Below, piece by piece: positions 17,052 through 24,697 of a stretch of DNA of 32,000 nucleotides. A model generated the notes under the pieces. That model was not told the origin of the DNA, made no database searches, and was given only the letters and a program-made list of their open reading frames with translations. The first letter of the stretch is position 1; the number at the start of each line of letters is the position of its first letter. The stretch spans positions 150,001 to 182,000 of the forward strand of contig NC_010482.1 of assembly GCF_000019605.1 (NCBI RefSeq). The letters run 5' to 3'. Source of the stretch: Candidatus Korarchaeum cryptofilum OPF8 (GTDB lineage: Archaea > Korarchaeota > Korarchaeia > Korarchaeales > Korarchaeaceae). The position numbers and the translations under genes are program-made.

Positions 17052-18169
17052 GGTGAGTGCACCCCCGGAACTTTAGGAGCTGGCCTAGCTAAGTGAACGG
17101 AAGGTAGATCGCAGATGTACTTAACTAATCTCTCCATCCCTATCCCAAACCCAGCCGTAGGCCTTCCATGGTCCCTGAGAAACTCGAGGTACCACTTATA
17201 CAACTCTGGGTTCTCACCACTTTCCTTCATCCTCGCGAAGACCCTGGATGCATCATATTCTCTCGCGGCACCAGATGATAACTCCCCATGTCCTTCAGGA
17301 GCCAGTAGATCGAAGTCCATCAGGATCCCGGGTCTGTTCGGATATTCGCGATCGTAGAAGCCCCTAGCCCCCTTTGGATAATCCTGAATGAAGAAAGGCT
17401 GTTCATTGATCTTAGAGAGGTACCATTCCCACTCCCAAGGTATCTCAGCCTTATAACTCAATCTCCTCTCCGGCTTCTTGACGTTAAACCTCTTCTCAAG
17501 CTCTTCTATTACTTCCCCGCGTCTCGCATGCTCCATCAATATGTCTACAGCTTCCTCATGAGTCATCCTCCTAAGAGGGAGGCTTATTTCCGGTAGGAAG
17601 GGCCTCTTAGATCCGAAAAATTCCCATATCCTCCTTAGGCGATCCTCATAATCCCTTAAATGATCTATGACGTGCTTGATTAGTCTCTCGGCGATCTTCA
17701 TGACCTCCAGGTGATCTGCATCCCTCACCTCTAAATCGATCTGAACGAACTCAACTAAATGCCTTCCAGTCTTTCCGGCATCTAGAGGCTCATGCCTCAA
17801 GTTGGGGTAGAAGAAGTACACCTTTCCCTCCTCCATAGCCGCAGCCAATAGTTGCTTGTAGAGTATCCCGCTCCTCATTATCCTGTACTCCCTACCGTAA
17901 TATGGGATCCTGAATTCGTAGGCCCCTCTGGTTCCGGGATCCGTAACAGGGCCTATCATTATCGGATCGAACTCCACGAAGCCCTCCTTGTCTAGAAAAT
18001 CCCTTACAGCCCTAGCTATGATATGCCTGAACCTGTAGACTTCCTGCATTATGGGGTGGCTCACTATCCTGAATATGTCCCCAGAGAGAGCTTCGGGCTC
18101 CACTGGAATGTACTCCCTCGTTATCATAGTGGGCACATCTTCGCTCCAAAATATAAGGCTTATCATCAA
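17048..18169 (-). CDS. class IIb aminoacyl-tRNA-synthetase catalytic-core paralog (AspRS/AsnRS-like, no anticodon-binding domain; AsnA-like ligase candidate)
   Basis: Motif-1 region RFRHIIARAVRDFLDKEGFVEFDPIMI, motif 2 FFYPNLRHE...GRHLVEFVQIDLE, motif 3 GFGIGMERLVKYI, and an AspRS-like LYKQLL. The catalytic core begins near residue 45. The start is TTG 18169 or ATG 18166. Confidence 0.75.
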   Translation of the reverse strand: MMISLIFWSEDVPTMITREYIPVEPEALSGDIFRIVSHPIMQEVYRFRHIIARAVRDFLDKEGFVEFDPIMIGPVTDPGTRGAYEFRIPYYGREYRIMRSGILYKQLLAAAMEEGKVYFFYPNLRHEPLDAGKTGRHLVEFVQIDLEVRDADHLEVMKIAERLIKHVIDHLRDYEDRLRRIWEFFGSKRPFLPEISLPLRRMTHEEAVDILMEHARRGEVIEELEKRFNVKKPERRLSYKAEIPWEWEWYLSKINEQPFFIQDYPKGARGFYDREYPNRPGILMDFDLLAPEGHGELSSGAAREYDASRVFARMKESGENPELYKWYLEFLRDHGRPTAGFGIGMERLVKYICDLPSVHLARPAPKVPGVHSP

Positions 18170-18244
18170 AATTACCTATTCACTACGATATCATAGTCAT
18201 TATAACATACAATTTAGAGTAGAATGAAAATATCGACTAAGATA

Positions 18245-18261
18245 TGACATGAAAAATGTCA
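18245..18261. promoter_or_regulatory. perfect palindrome TGACAT-N5-ATGTCA in the 147-bp AT-rich spacer upstream of the aaRS-like gene
   Basis: The 6-5-6 inverted repeat lies between two minus-strand TATA-like boxes, at forward coordinates 18268-18280 (GACTTTATATATG) and 18197-18208 (GTCATTATAACA). Confidence 0.3.
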
Positions 18262-18316
18262 ATGTGACTTTATATATGAAGGCTCTCCACATGAAAGAAG
18301 GTATTAGAGCTTTCAA

Positions 18317-19768
18317 TCAGCCGAGATCCTTCAAAATGTCATCCAGATCTTCATCATAGTTATATCTGTTTCCTTCCATCCTTAATAGACCTCTTATCGC
18401 TCTCATAATGCTGGGAAGGGCCCTCCTTATGACAGAGCCCTTCGGATTCAAGAGGTCCTTGAGGAAGTAGCTGGGCCTGAGGTAAAATGTTAGGTAAGCT
18501 TTCAGGAGCATCCTCTGAATCTGATTCATCTTGAGGTGGAAACTCCTCATAACTACATTTACTGTCGTGTATAATCTCCAATTGAGTGTGGCTATGAGCT
18601 TATTCTTTAAAGCGAAATCCCAGAGCCTGGTTCCGGGGTAAGGTGTGGCTACTGTGAATTGAGCGTACTTCAATCCCAGAGATTTAGCGAAGCCTATCGT
18701 CCTCTCTATATCCTCCTTCCTCTCTATGGGAAAGCCTATGACGAAAGATCCTAAAGCTTGTAGGCCTGATTTTAAGGCCGTCTTCACCGCATCAACTGCC
18801 TGAGTTACTGTTATCCCCTTACCTATGAAGTCCAGCACTCTCTGCGTCCCTGACTCTATCCCGAGGTAGACCGTATGAGCTCCGGCCCTCCTCATCGAAT
18901 CCGCCGTCTCCCTATCGAGAGTATTGACTCTTGAGGAAGCGCTCCAACTCAGATCAATGCCCTCCCTGACGATCTCATCGCATATCTCCCTAGCTCTCTT
19001 CCTGTTCAGGGTGAAAGTATCGTCCAAGAATTCGATCTCCCTTATTCCAAAATCCTCCCTAAGTAGCCTGAGTTCCTCTACTACTCTCCTCACGCTGTGA
19101 GCTCTCCAAATGCTCCCGAACTGCAGGGAGGATGAGCAGAAGATGCAGTTGAAGGGGCATCCCCTGGAGCTCATGATGACTCCATATCTCAGCTTCCCCA
19201 CCCTATAGAGGTCCCAATCTATCAAATCGTAGGCTGGTATCGGCAGTGAATCGAGATCCCTTATCAATGGCCTCTGCTGATTCTCCTTAATCTCGCCCGA
19301 GGAGCTCCTGTAAGTGATTCCCCTGATCCCCTTCAGAGAATCCACGCTGAATTCCCTCTCTAAAGCCTTTAGGGACTCCCTGAAGGTCTCCTCTCCCTCA
19401 CCCCTCACTACAGCATCTATTTGAGGGCAGCTCCTCAATGTGTAGATGGGGAGGAACGTGACGTGGGGCCCTCCTATCATCACTATAGAGTTCTCGTTGA
19501 TCTCCTTAGCGGCTCTAGCGATACCATAAGCATCATATATCGTTGGAGTTGTAGAGGATATCCCAACTATATCCGGGTCGAATTCCCTCAGCTTGAGTTT
19601 CAATGACTCGATATCTAGATTCATTGCCGCGAAGTCGAATATAGCGACATCGTGCCCCTCCTCCCTAGCTATGGAGGCGAGGTAAGCTAATCCTAGGGGT
19701 ATCCCATTCACCCCTAACACTTCAGCTAGCGATGACCTCGTCGGTGGCACCACTAGAGCTACTCTCAT
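18317..19768 (-). CDS. B12-binding-domain radical SAM protein (class B)
   Basis: The N-terminus MRVALVVPPT...GIPLGLAYLASIAREEGHDVAIFD is typical of the cobalamin-binding domain of class B radical SAM enzymes. CX3CX2C motif GCPFNCIFCSS. The subfamily and substrate cannot be determined by eye. Confidence 0.85.
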   Translation of the reverse strand: MRVALVVPPTRSSLAEVLGVNGIPLGLAYLASIAREEGHDVAIFDFAAMNLDIESLKLKLREFDPDIVGISSTTPTIYDAYGIARAAKEINENSIVMIGGPHVTFLPIYTLRSCPQIDAVVRGEGEETFRESLKALEREFSVDSLKGIRGITYRSSSGEIKENQQRPLIRDLDSLPIPAYDLIDWDLYRVGKLRYGVIMSSRGCPFNCIFCSSSLQFGSIWRAHSVRRVVEELRLLREDFGIREIEFLDDTFTLNRKRAREICDEIVREGIDLSWSASSRVNTLDRETADSMRRAGAHTVYLGIESGTQRVLDFIGKGITVTQAVDAVKTALKSGLQALGSFVIGFPIERKEDIERTIGFAKSLGLKYAQFTVATPYPGTRLWDFALKNKLIATLNWRLYTTVNVVMRSFHLKMNQIQRMLLKAYLTFYLRPSYFLKDLLNPKGSVIRRALPSIMRAIRGLLRMEGNRYNYDEDLDDILKDLG

Positions 19769-19844
19769 GCCCCTCTCATAATTCCTAAACTTCCGTTATA
19801 TAGCTTGCGGTAACTTTTTCTATCGAAGCTGCGGGGGATCAATT

Positions 19845-20210
19845 ATGGGATTGGATGAAGTAGAGGAGATCCTGGAGGAGGAGGGGATCGATTACAGGAG
19901 GGTTGAGAGGGCTGTAATAACTTCCTTCAGGGAAGGTGAGGTATCATACATGTTGGTGATCCTCTCCGATGAGGAGATGACTTTCATAGTCGGGAAAACA
20001 GAACCACCTCTCCTCGCCGATGAGGAGCTAGCTAAGGAGCTGCTTGAGGAGAACTTCAAGATGAACTTCGCATCCTATCAGCTGGGGGAGGATGGAGAGG
20101 TTTTAGTCACATCATTTGTGAGGAATAAATGCATAAAACAATCCTTCAGGAGGAACTTTTATGCAACTTTATCTTTCCTCAGAAAATTGGGTGAGAGAAT
20201 TGCTTCTTGA
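19845..20210 (+). CDS. small acidic protein, YbjN / type III-secretion-chaperone-like fold predicted
   Basis: 121 aa. By eye the pattern is helix - 3 strands - helix - 2 strands - helix (DEVEEILEEEGIDY / AVITSF, YMLVIL, MTFIVG / DEELAKELLEENF / ASYQLGEDGEVLVTSF / FRRNFYATLSFLRKL). GGGGGATC lies 4 nt upstream of the ATG. Confidence 0.55.
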   Translation: MGLDEVEEILEEEGIDYRRVERAVITSFREGEVSYMLVILSDEEMTFIVGKTEPPLLADEELAKELLEENFKMNFASYQLGEDGEVLVTSFVRNKCIKQSFRRNFYATLSFLRKLGERIAS

Positions 20211-20583
20211 GGAGGTAAAATCTCTGCTGAGTGAGGCTGGCCTCTCCGTAGCTGAGCATGAGGATGCCCTCGTCCTCATCATAGAGGAAGAGGGGAAGGA
20301 GGTAGCCGTTTACATGATGGCAGATGAGGAAAAGAGGCTAGTCTACGTAATGGCGTCCGCTAATCCTCCAATCACGCTGGGAAGCGCAACTGATCTCCTG
20401 AAGGCGTCATGGGAGATCGTGGATAGAGGAGTACCATGCAAGATCTCACTCAATGAGGATATCGTCCTGATAGAGCACGATCTAGATGAATGCCATCTCT
20501 CCAAGGAGTCCTTACTGGAGAGCATATATTTCTCCGTTGAGAGCATGCTCTACCTAATGGAGAGGCTGTTTAGGAAGCCATGA
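20161..20583 (+). CDS. small acidic protein, paralog of the preceding gene (YbjN-like)
   Basis: Collinear with the upstream product (SDEE/ADEE, EPPL/NPPI, LGEDGEVLV/LNEDIVLIE). ATG 20161 has GGAGG 7 nt upstream (20149-20153). Alternative in-frame starts are GTG 20191 and TTG 20200. Confidence 0.55.
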   Translation: MQLYLSSENWVRELLLEEVKSLLSEAGLSVAEHEDALVLIIEEEGKEVAVYMMADEEKRLVYVMASANPPITLGSATDLLKASWEIVDRGVPCKISLNEDIVLIEHDLDECHLSKESLLESIYFSVESMLYLMERLFRKP

Positions 20584-21389
20584 GCCCCGGAGGGGGGAGG
20601 ATGGAGGAGATAATAGAGGCAGCTTTGGCTGGCCTCTCGAACTCCAGCAAGAGGAAGTACAGAGTCGTATTCTCATCATTCCTAAGCATGACTCCCCTGG
20701 TTGAGGCTAAGCCCATACACGTCAGGATATGGGCATCGAGGAGGGAATCGCATGTGAAGAGGAAGACATTGAAGCAGCAGCTTTATATGCTCTCTAGACT
20801 TTTCAGGATAGCTGGGAGGGAAGATCTGAGTGAGGAGGCCAGATCGCTGGCCAAAGAGATAAGATCTCCGGCTCCTCCCCCTAAGGTCGATGAGGATCTG
20901 ATAAGGACTTATGGGGAGATAGAGAAACTGATAGAGGGAGCTAAGCCTATTGTGAGAGCTGCAATAATGATGCTGGCTGAGACGGGGATGAGAGTTGGGG
21001 AACTAGTATCCCTGAAGTGGGATGATCTGGATCTCGGGAACAGGAGGGCATTAGTTAAGGGGAAAGGGGATAAGAGCAGATACGTATATTTCACCGAGAG
21101 GACGGAGAGGTTCCTCAGGGAGCTGGAGAGGAGGGGAAGCAGGGTATTCCCGGTGAGCGATAGGACTGTCAGGAGGTGGGTCTCCCAGCTCCTCAAGACG
21201 CACCCGCATGCAGTGAGGCACGCTTTCGCAGTATGGTTCCTCTCGAGCGGGGGCAGCCCGAGGGTGCTACAGCACATACTCGGCCACAGCAACTTGAGGA
21301 CTACGGAGATATACTTGGATATCTCCCAGAGCTTGGTCGAGAGGGAATATAGGTTGATAGTTGAGAGATCCTCTAGATCTACGTTTTAG
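20580..21389 (+). CDS. tyrosine recombinase (XerA/XerC/XerD-type integrase)
   Basis: Catalytic signature AETGMRVGEL (Arg I), VKGKGDKSRYVYF (Lys), HAVRHAFAVW (H-x-x-R), LGHSNLRTTEIYLDI (His...Tyr). ATG 20580 overlaps the upstream stop (ATGA). ATG 20601 has GGAGG exactly 7 nt upstream and may be the real start. Confidence 0.85.
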   Translation: MSPGGGRMEEIIEAALAGLSNSSKRKYRVVFSSFLSMTPLVEAKPIHVRIWASRRESHVKRKTLKQQLYMLSRLFRIAGREDLSEEARSLAKEIRSPAPPPKVDEDLIRTYGEIEKLIEGAKPIVRAAIMMLAETGMRVGELVSLKWDDLDLGNRRALVKGKGDKSRYVYFTERTERFLRELERRGSRVFPVSDRTVRRWVSQLLKTHPHAVRHAFAVWFLSSGGSPRVLQHILGHSNLRTTEIYLDISQSLVEREYRLIVERSSRSTF

Positions 21390-21426
21390 ATCTCCTCCAA
21401 GCATCTCGAGTATCCACTAAATTTAT

Positions 21427-21440
21427 TTAATCGCGATTAA
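21427..21440. promoter_or_regulatory. 14-bp perfect palindrome TTAATCGCGATTAA overlapping a TATA-like stretch
   Basis: It sits 38 nt after the recombinase stop and directly 5' of the flavin reductase start (TTG 21442 / ATG 21451). It is embedded in AAATTTATTTAATCGCGATTAA. Confidence 0.25.
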
Positions 21441-21441
21441 C

Positions 21442-21996
21442 TTGAGCCCTATGAAAGAGGTGAGGGACTTCTACCTTCTGCTCCACCCTAGGCCCGCTTA
21501 CGTGATAGGTAGCGGGAGATGGGGGGAGAGGGTAAACTTCATGGCAGCGAGCTGGGTATCTCCAGTCGGGGAGGAGCCCCCTTCTCTCATAGTAGCCTTA
21601 GGGAAGGAATCCCTCACATTAGAGCTGATAGAGATTTATGGGGAGTTCACAGTAAACGTGATCCCCATATCCCTCGTGGAAGAGCTCTATTACGTTGGTA
21701 GCAGGAGCGGGAGGGATGAGGATAAGTCGAGGGTGTTCAAAGCCGAGAGAGGGGAGAAGGTCAGTGCCCCCATAGTGAAGGATTCCTTGGGGGTCCTGGA
21801 GTGCAAACTCATGAACGAAGTAGAGCTGGGTGATGTTAAATTGGTAATAGGAGAAGTCTTATCGGCTAAAGCCGATGAGAGGTTCTTCAATGAGAGGACT
21901 GGCTGGGATTTCAAGAAGATCAGTATACCCCTGCACAACTGGGGGAGAGGGTTCTTCAAAGTGGGCGAATTCGTCATGGCTAAGGGGAAGGGCTGA
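21442..21996 (+). CDS. flavin reductase-like FMN-binding protein
   Basis: LLHPRPAYVIGS...VNFMAASWVSPVGEEPPSLIVAL...FTVNV is the Flavin_Reduct domain signature. Family-typical length (184 aa). Confidence 0.8.
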   Translation: MSPMKEVRDFYLLLHPRPAYVIGSGRWGERVNFMAASWVSPVGEEPPSLIVALGKESLTLELIEIYGEFTVNVIPISLVEELYYVGSRSGRDEDKSRVFKAERGEKVSAPIVKDSLGVLECKLMNEVELGDVKLVIGEVLSAKADERFFNERTGWDFKKISIPLHNWGRGFFKVGEFVMAKGKG

Positions 21997-22076
21997 TGTT
22001 TCAAGCTCGCATACGCATATTTAGGCGATGGTCGGACATCAGTTAAGGATAAATAGGGTATGAGGTCGAGTTATCG

Positions 22077-23348
22077 ATGCTGAAGTACGCGGCCCTCATC
22101 CCGATATTATTAGTGGCAGTGGCCTTACCCATCATACTACAACCTCTAATGCTCTCAGCGACGGATTTCGAGGCCGATATATATGGAGGGGGGACCTTCA
22201 GGCTCTCAGATTTCAAGGGGAAGGTTGTAGTGATAGTAGTGGCTCAAACGAGCTGCCCTCACTGCAAGGAATTCCTACCAGCCCTATCGAAGGCCTGGAA
22301 GTCGGATAGCGAGCTAATGAGCGGAAAATACGTTGTAGCTGTTGTTATGCTGGACCCAGCTCACCCTCTCTCAGCTACTGGCGTCTCTGAGGATAAGAAA
22401 GCCTTCGATTCCTTCTCCCCTCCCTCGGGATGGATCCTCCTCCCCGAGGCCTGGCACTCCATAGAGGTCTTCGGCATCAAATATACCGCATCGGTAGTGA
22501 TAGTAGATAAGCAGGGGAACGTAGTAGAGAAGGTAGAGCCGCAGGATCATCCTAAGATAGATGAGATGGTATCCTATACTATCATGAAGGTTAAGGAGAG
22601 CGGAGCCGAAGCTAAAGTGCTCAGATTCAGCTTCTCAGCCCCCAGACTAGCTTTCATAGGCGATACCGTGACCCTCCAGGGGGAGGTCCAGCCACCATCG
22701 GTAGGGGTCAATGTTACGATAATAAGGCCCGATGGGGAGGAGATAAACGTAAGGCCGAGGGTGATCGGGAACGGTCAGTTCTCAGTGGATTTCACGCCAG
22801 ATATGGAGGGGACCTGGGTAGCCAGGGCTTCCTCCCTATCGGAGACGAGAGAAGTTAGGATAACGGTGCTCCCAAATAAGCCGAGGGGTATAGAGAGCTA
22901 CGATGTCGTCTACGGGACTCACGATGAGAGAGCTGGCAAGATAATAAATCAGAATGCTAAAAGTTCTAAAAGTCTGCCGAATGATAATGTAGTGCTTTTA
23001 GGAGGCCCTAAAGCTAATCCCTTCGTCCCTGAGTTCAATTCGATAGCTGGCGTCTCCATGATCCTCAAAGGTAAATCTGCAAAGCTATTCATAGGATCAA
23101 AGGAGTACGATCTGAGCGTGACCTTCGGTAAGGAGGACTACGCTGTTGTGTACTGGCTGAGGTGGGAGGGGAGGTTCGTCGTAGTGGGTGAGGGCTTCAC
23201 CAGGTTCGGTACGCTAGCCGCTTCCCTCTTCATGAAGAACACTAAGTTGGAGAAGCAGCTCTACTTGATCCACTGGAAGGATCTGAATGGGGATGGGGAT
23301 GTCAGTTACGATGAGATAGAGGTGCTTATGACATTGGAGAAGATCTAA
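22077..23348 (+). CDS. membrane-anchored thioredoxin-like (TlpA/ResA-type) protein with Ig-like and S-layer-like C-terminal regions and an EF-hand loop
   Basis: N-terminal TM helix. Redoxin domain FKGKVVVIVVAQTSCPHCKEF (CPHC at 22254-22265) ...VVIVDKQGNVV. A beta-rich middle segment. VVLLGGPKANPF resembles archaeal S-layer protein motifs. The C-terminal DLNGDGDVSYDE (23280-23315) fits the canonical 12-residue EF-hand loop. Confidence 0.7.
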   Translation: MLKYAALIPILLVAVALPIILQPLMLSATDFEADIYGGGTFRLSDFKGKVVVIVVAQTSCPHCKEFLPALSKAWKSDSELMSGKYVVAVVMLDPAHPLSATGVSEDKKAFDSFSPPSGWILLPEAWHSIEVFGIKYTASVVIVDKQGNVVEKVEPQDHPKIDEMVSYTIMKVKESGAEAKVLRFSFSAPRLAFIGDTVTLQGEVQPPSVGVNVTIIRPDGEEINVRPRVIGNGQFSVDFTPDMEGTWVARASSLSETREVRITVLPNKPRGIESYDVVYGTHDERAGKIINQNAKSSKSLPNDNVVLLGGPKANPFVPEFNSIAGVSMILKGKSAKLFIGSKEYDLSVTFGKEDYAVVYWLRWEGRFVVVGEGFTRFGTLAASLFMKNTKLEKQLYLIHWKDLNGDGDVSYDEIEVLMTLEKI

Positions 23349-24364
23349 GTGCCTCTAATCCCGAGGAGATGCGAGAGCTTTATGCTATACGTCATCATTA
23401 GATCGCTTATGGAGGGAATGAAGGGATTGGGCCTGTAGACCTTCACCTCCCTCCCCCTAGATAGATCCCTCTCAGCCCTTATCAGGCAGGAGTTCACCAT
23501 TTTTGGGATCACGTACCTCCACAAGTAGGCTTTATCTATCCCGACTGAGAGAGATAGCTCCGTCAGGGTCAGCCCCTCTCTGGAGCCCCTACTCGAGATG
23601 GACTTAGTTATCCTAGCTCTCCTAGGGTCCGATGAAGGTATCCCTATGAGATCCGAGAACAATGAGGAGACTTGCCTATCCAAGAGACCTGGGATCCTGT
23701 CTATAGCTTCCTTAGCGCAAAGAGCTCTCAAGACATTCATCTCTACCGGTGAGAGATCCGGGAGGTGGAAGAGCTCCATCTTCCCAATTGGAGGAGCTAT
23801 CCCAATGGAAGCCAGAGCCCTGAAGGCTTCCGCGAACTCCTCAATGCTATCGATGCTGCTCATGAAATGTATGGCTCTCACAAATGAGTAGTACCTCCTC
23901 TTCAACTCCAACCTCTCCGAAATGCTCCTATAGATTGAGGATACGCTAGCCCCTACCAGGGAGGGATCCGACCATATATGCGGGTTCGTGTAGAAGAGGA
24001 CTTTAGATAGGAGACCCTCCTCCAGAATGAGCTGAGGATTCCTGAAGGAGAACAAGCTGATCATAGCTATATCGATCGGGATAATGGCTTCTTCTTCAAT
24101 CTTCACTCTCACTCTATCCCAGGGGAGGATGAGCTCTAATTCATCTCCCTCGAGCGAGACCTCAGCTAAGCTTTCCTCTGCTTCATCAACGAGTTTAACG
24201 CAAAATCCGAAGCTGTAAGCCCTGAAGTTCTCCCCTATATGACATAGGATGATCCATTCTTCGCCTAGCTTCCTCTCAATGATAGAGTTGAGGATCTCTA
24301 AGTACTTAGGTCTCGTCAGATCGCTCTCATTTTCACATTTCATCACGAGAAGATGCTTCTGCAC
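23345..24364 (-). CDS. hypothetical protein with C-terminal winged-helix DNA-binding domain
   Basis: GTG start (alternative ATG at 24343). The C-terminal GLTLTELSLSVGIDKAYLWRYVIPKMVNSCLIRAE...VKVYRPNP looks like a wHTH. The N-terminal ~200 aa have no recognisable family. Confidence 0.55.
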   Translation of the reverse strand: MQKHLLVMKCENESDLTRPKYLEILNSIIERKLGEEWIILCHIGENFRAYSFGFCVKLVDEAEESLAEVSLEGDELELILPWDRVRVKIEEEAIIPIDIAMISLFSFRNPQLILEEGLLSKVLFYTNPHIWSDPSLVGASVSSIYRSISERLELKRRYYSFVRAIHFMSSIDSIEEFAEAFRALASIGIAPPIGKMELFHLPDLSPVEMNVLRALCAKEAIDRIPGLLDRQVSSLFSDLIGIPSSDPRRARITKSISSRGSREGLTLTELSLSVGIDKAYLWRYVIPKMVNSCLIRAERDLSRGREVKVYRPNPFIPSISDLMMTYSIKLSHLLGIRGT

Positions 24365-24697
24365 TAGCCTCTGAGGGATGAGAGAATATCAACCTATCTC
24401 CTCCGACATTTTTTTCAAAGGTACTACAGAGCCAGCAAAAATGATAGTTTAGTGTAAATATTAAAAAAGAGAAACTTCAGCTTATCCAATAGGTGGATCG
24501 GGTGGAATTATCGGCCCATTCATCCAAACCACCTCATATACTCTCTTTGAGTATCTCGTGTTGTCATGATGATCTTCCATCTTCTAGCTTATTTTGTTTT
24601 GTTGATAATGTGAGAATCTCCTAAATACATTCAGAGGTTCAGTAACCTCGTATTTCACTAAGAAAACATTTATATATTCTCTAACCTATAAATTATC

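Noticed and set aside
18099-18112. CTCCACTGGAATG, reverse complement CATTCCAGTGGAG, which resembles the archaeal origin-recognition-box core TCCAGTGGAAA.
   Set aside because: It is a single copy inside the coding sequence of the aaRS-like gene. There is no inverted partner, no AT-rich unwinding element and no orc1/cdc6 gene nearby.
24472-24531. Possible C/D-box sRNA on the minus strand. It has a C-like TGGATGA (forward 24520-24526), a D box CTGA (forward 24477-24480) 39 nt downstream, and a short terminal stem of 2 A-U pairs plus up to 3 G-U wobble pairs.
   Set aside because: The C box deviates from RUGAUGA. I could find no acceptable internal D' (CUGA) or C' (UGAUGA) box at the expected 12-nt guide spacing. 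A covariance or snoscan-type search would be needed before calling it.
24566-24613. A 15-codon hydrophobic mini-ORF (MMIFHLLAYFVLLIM) in the AT-rich spacer.
   Set aside because: There is no RBS or promoter in a suitable position, and an ORF of this length is expected by chance in AT-rich DNA.
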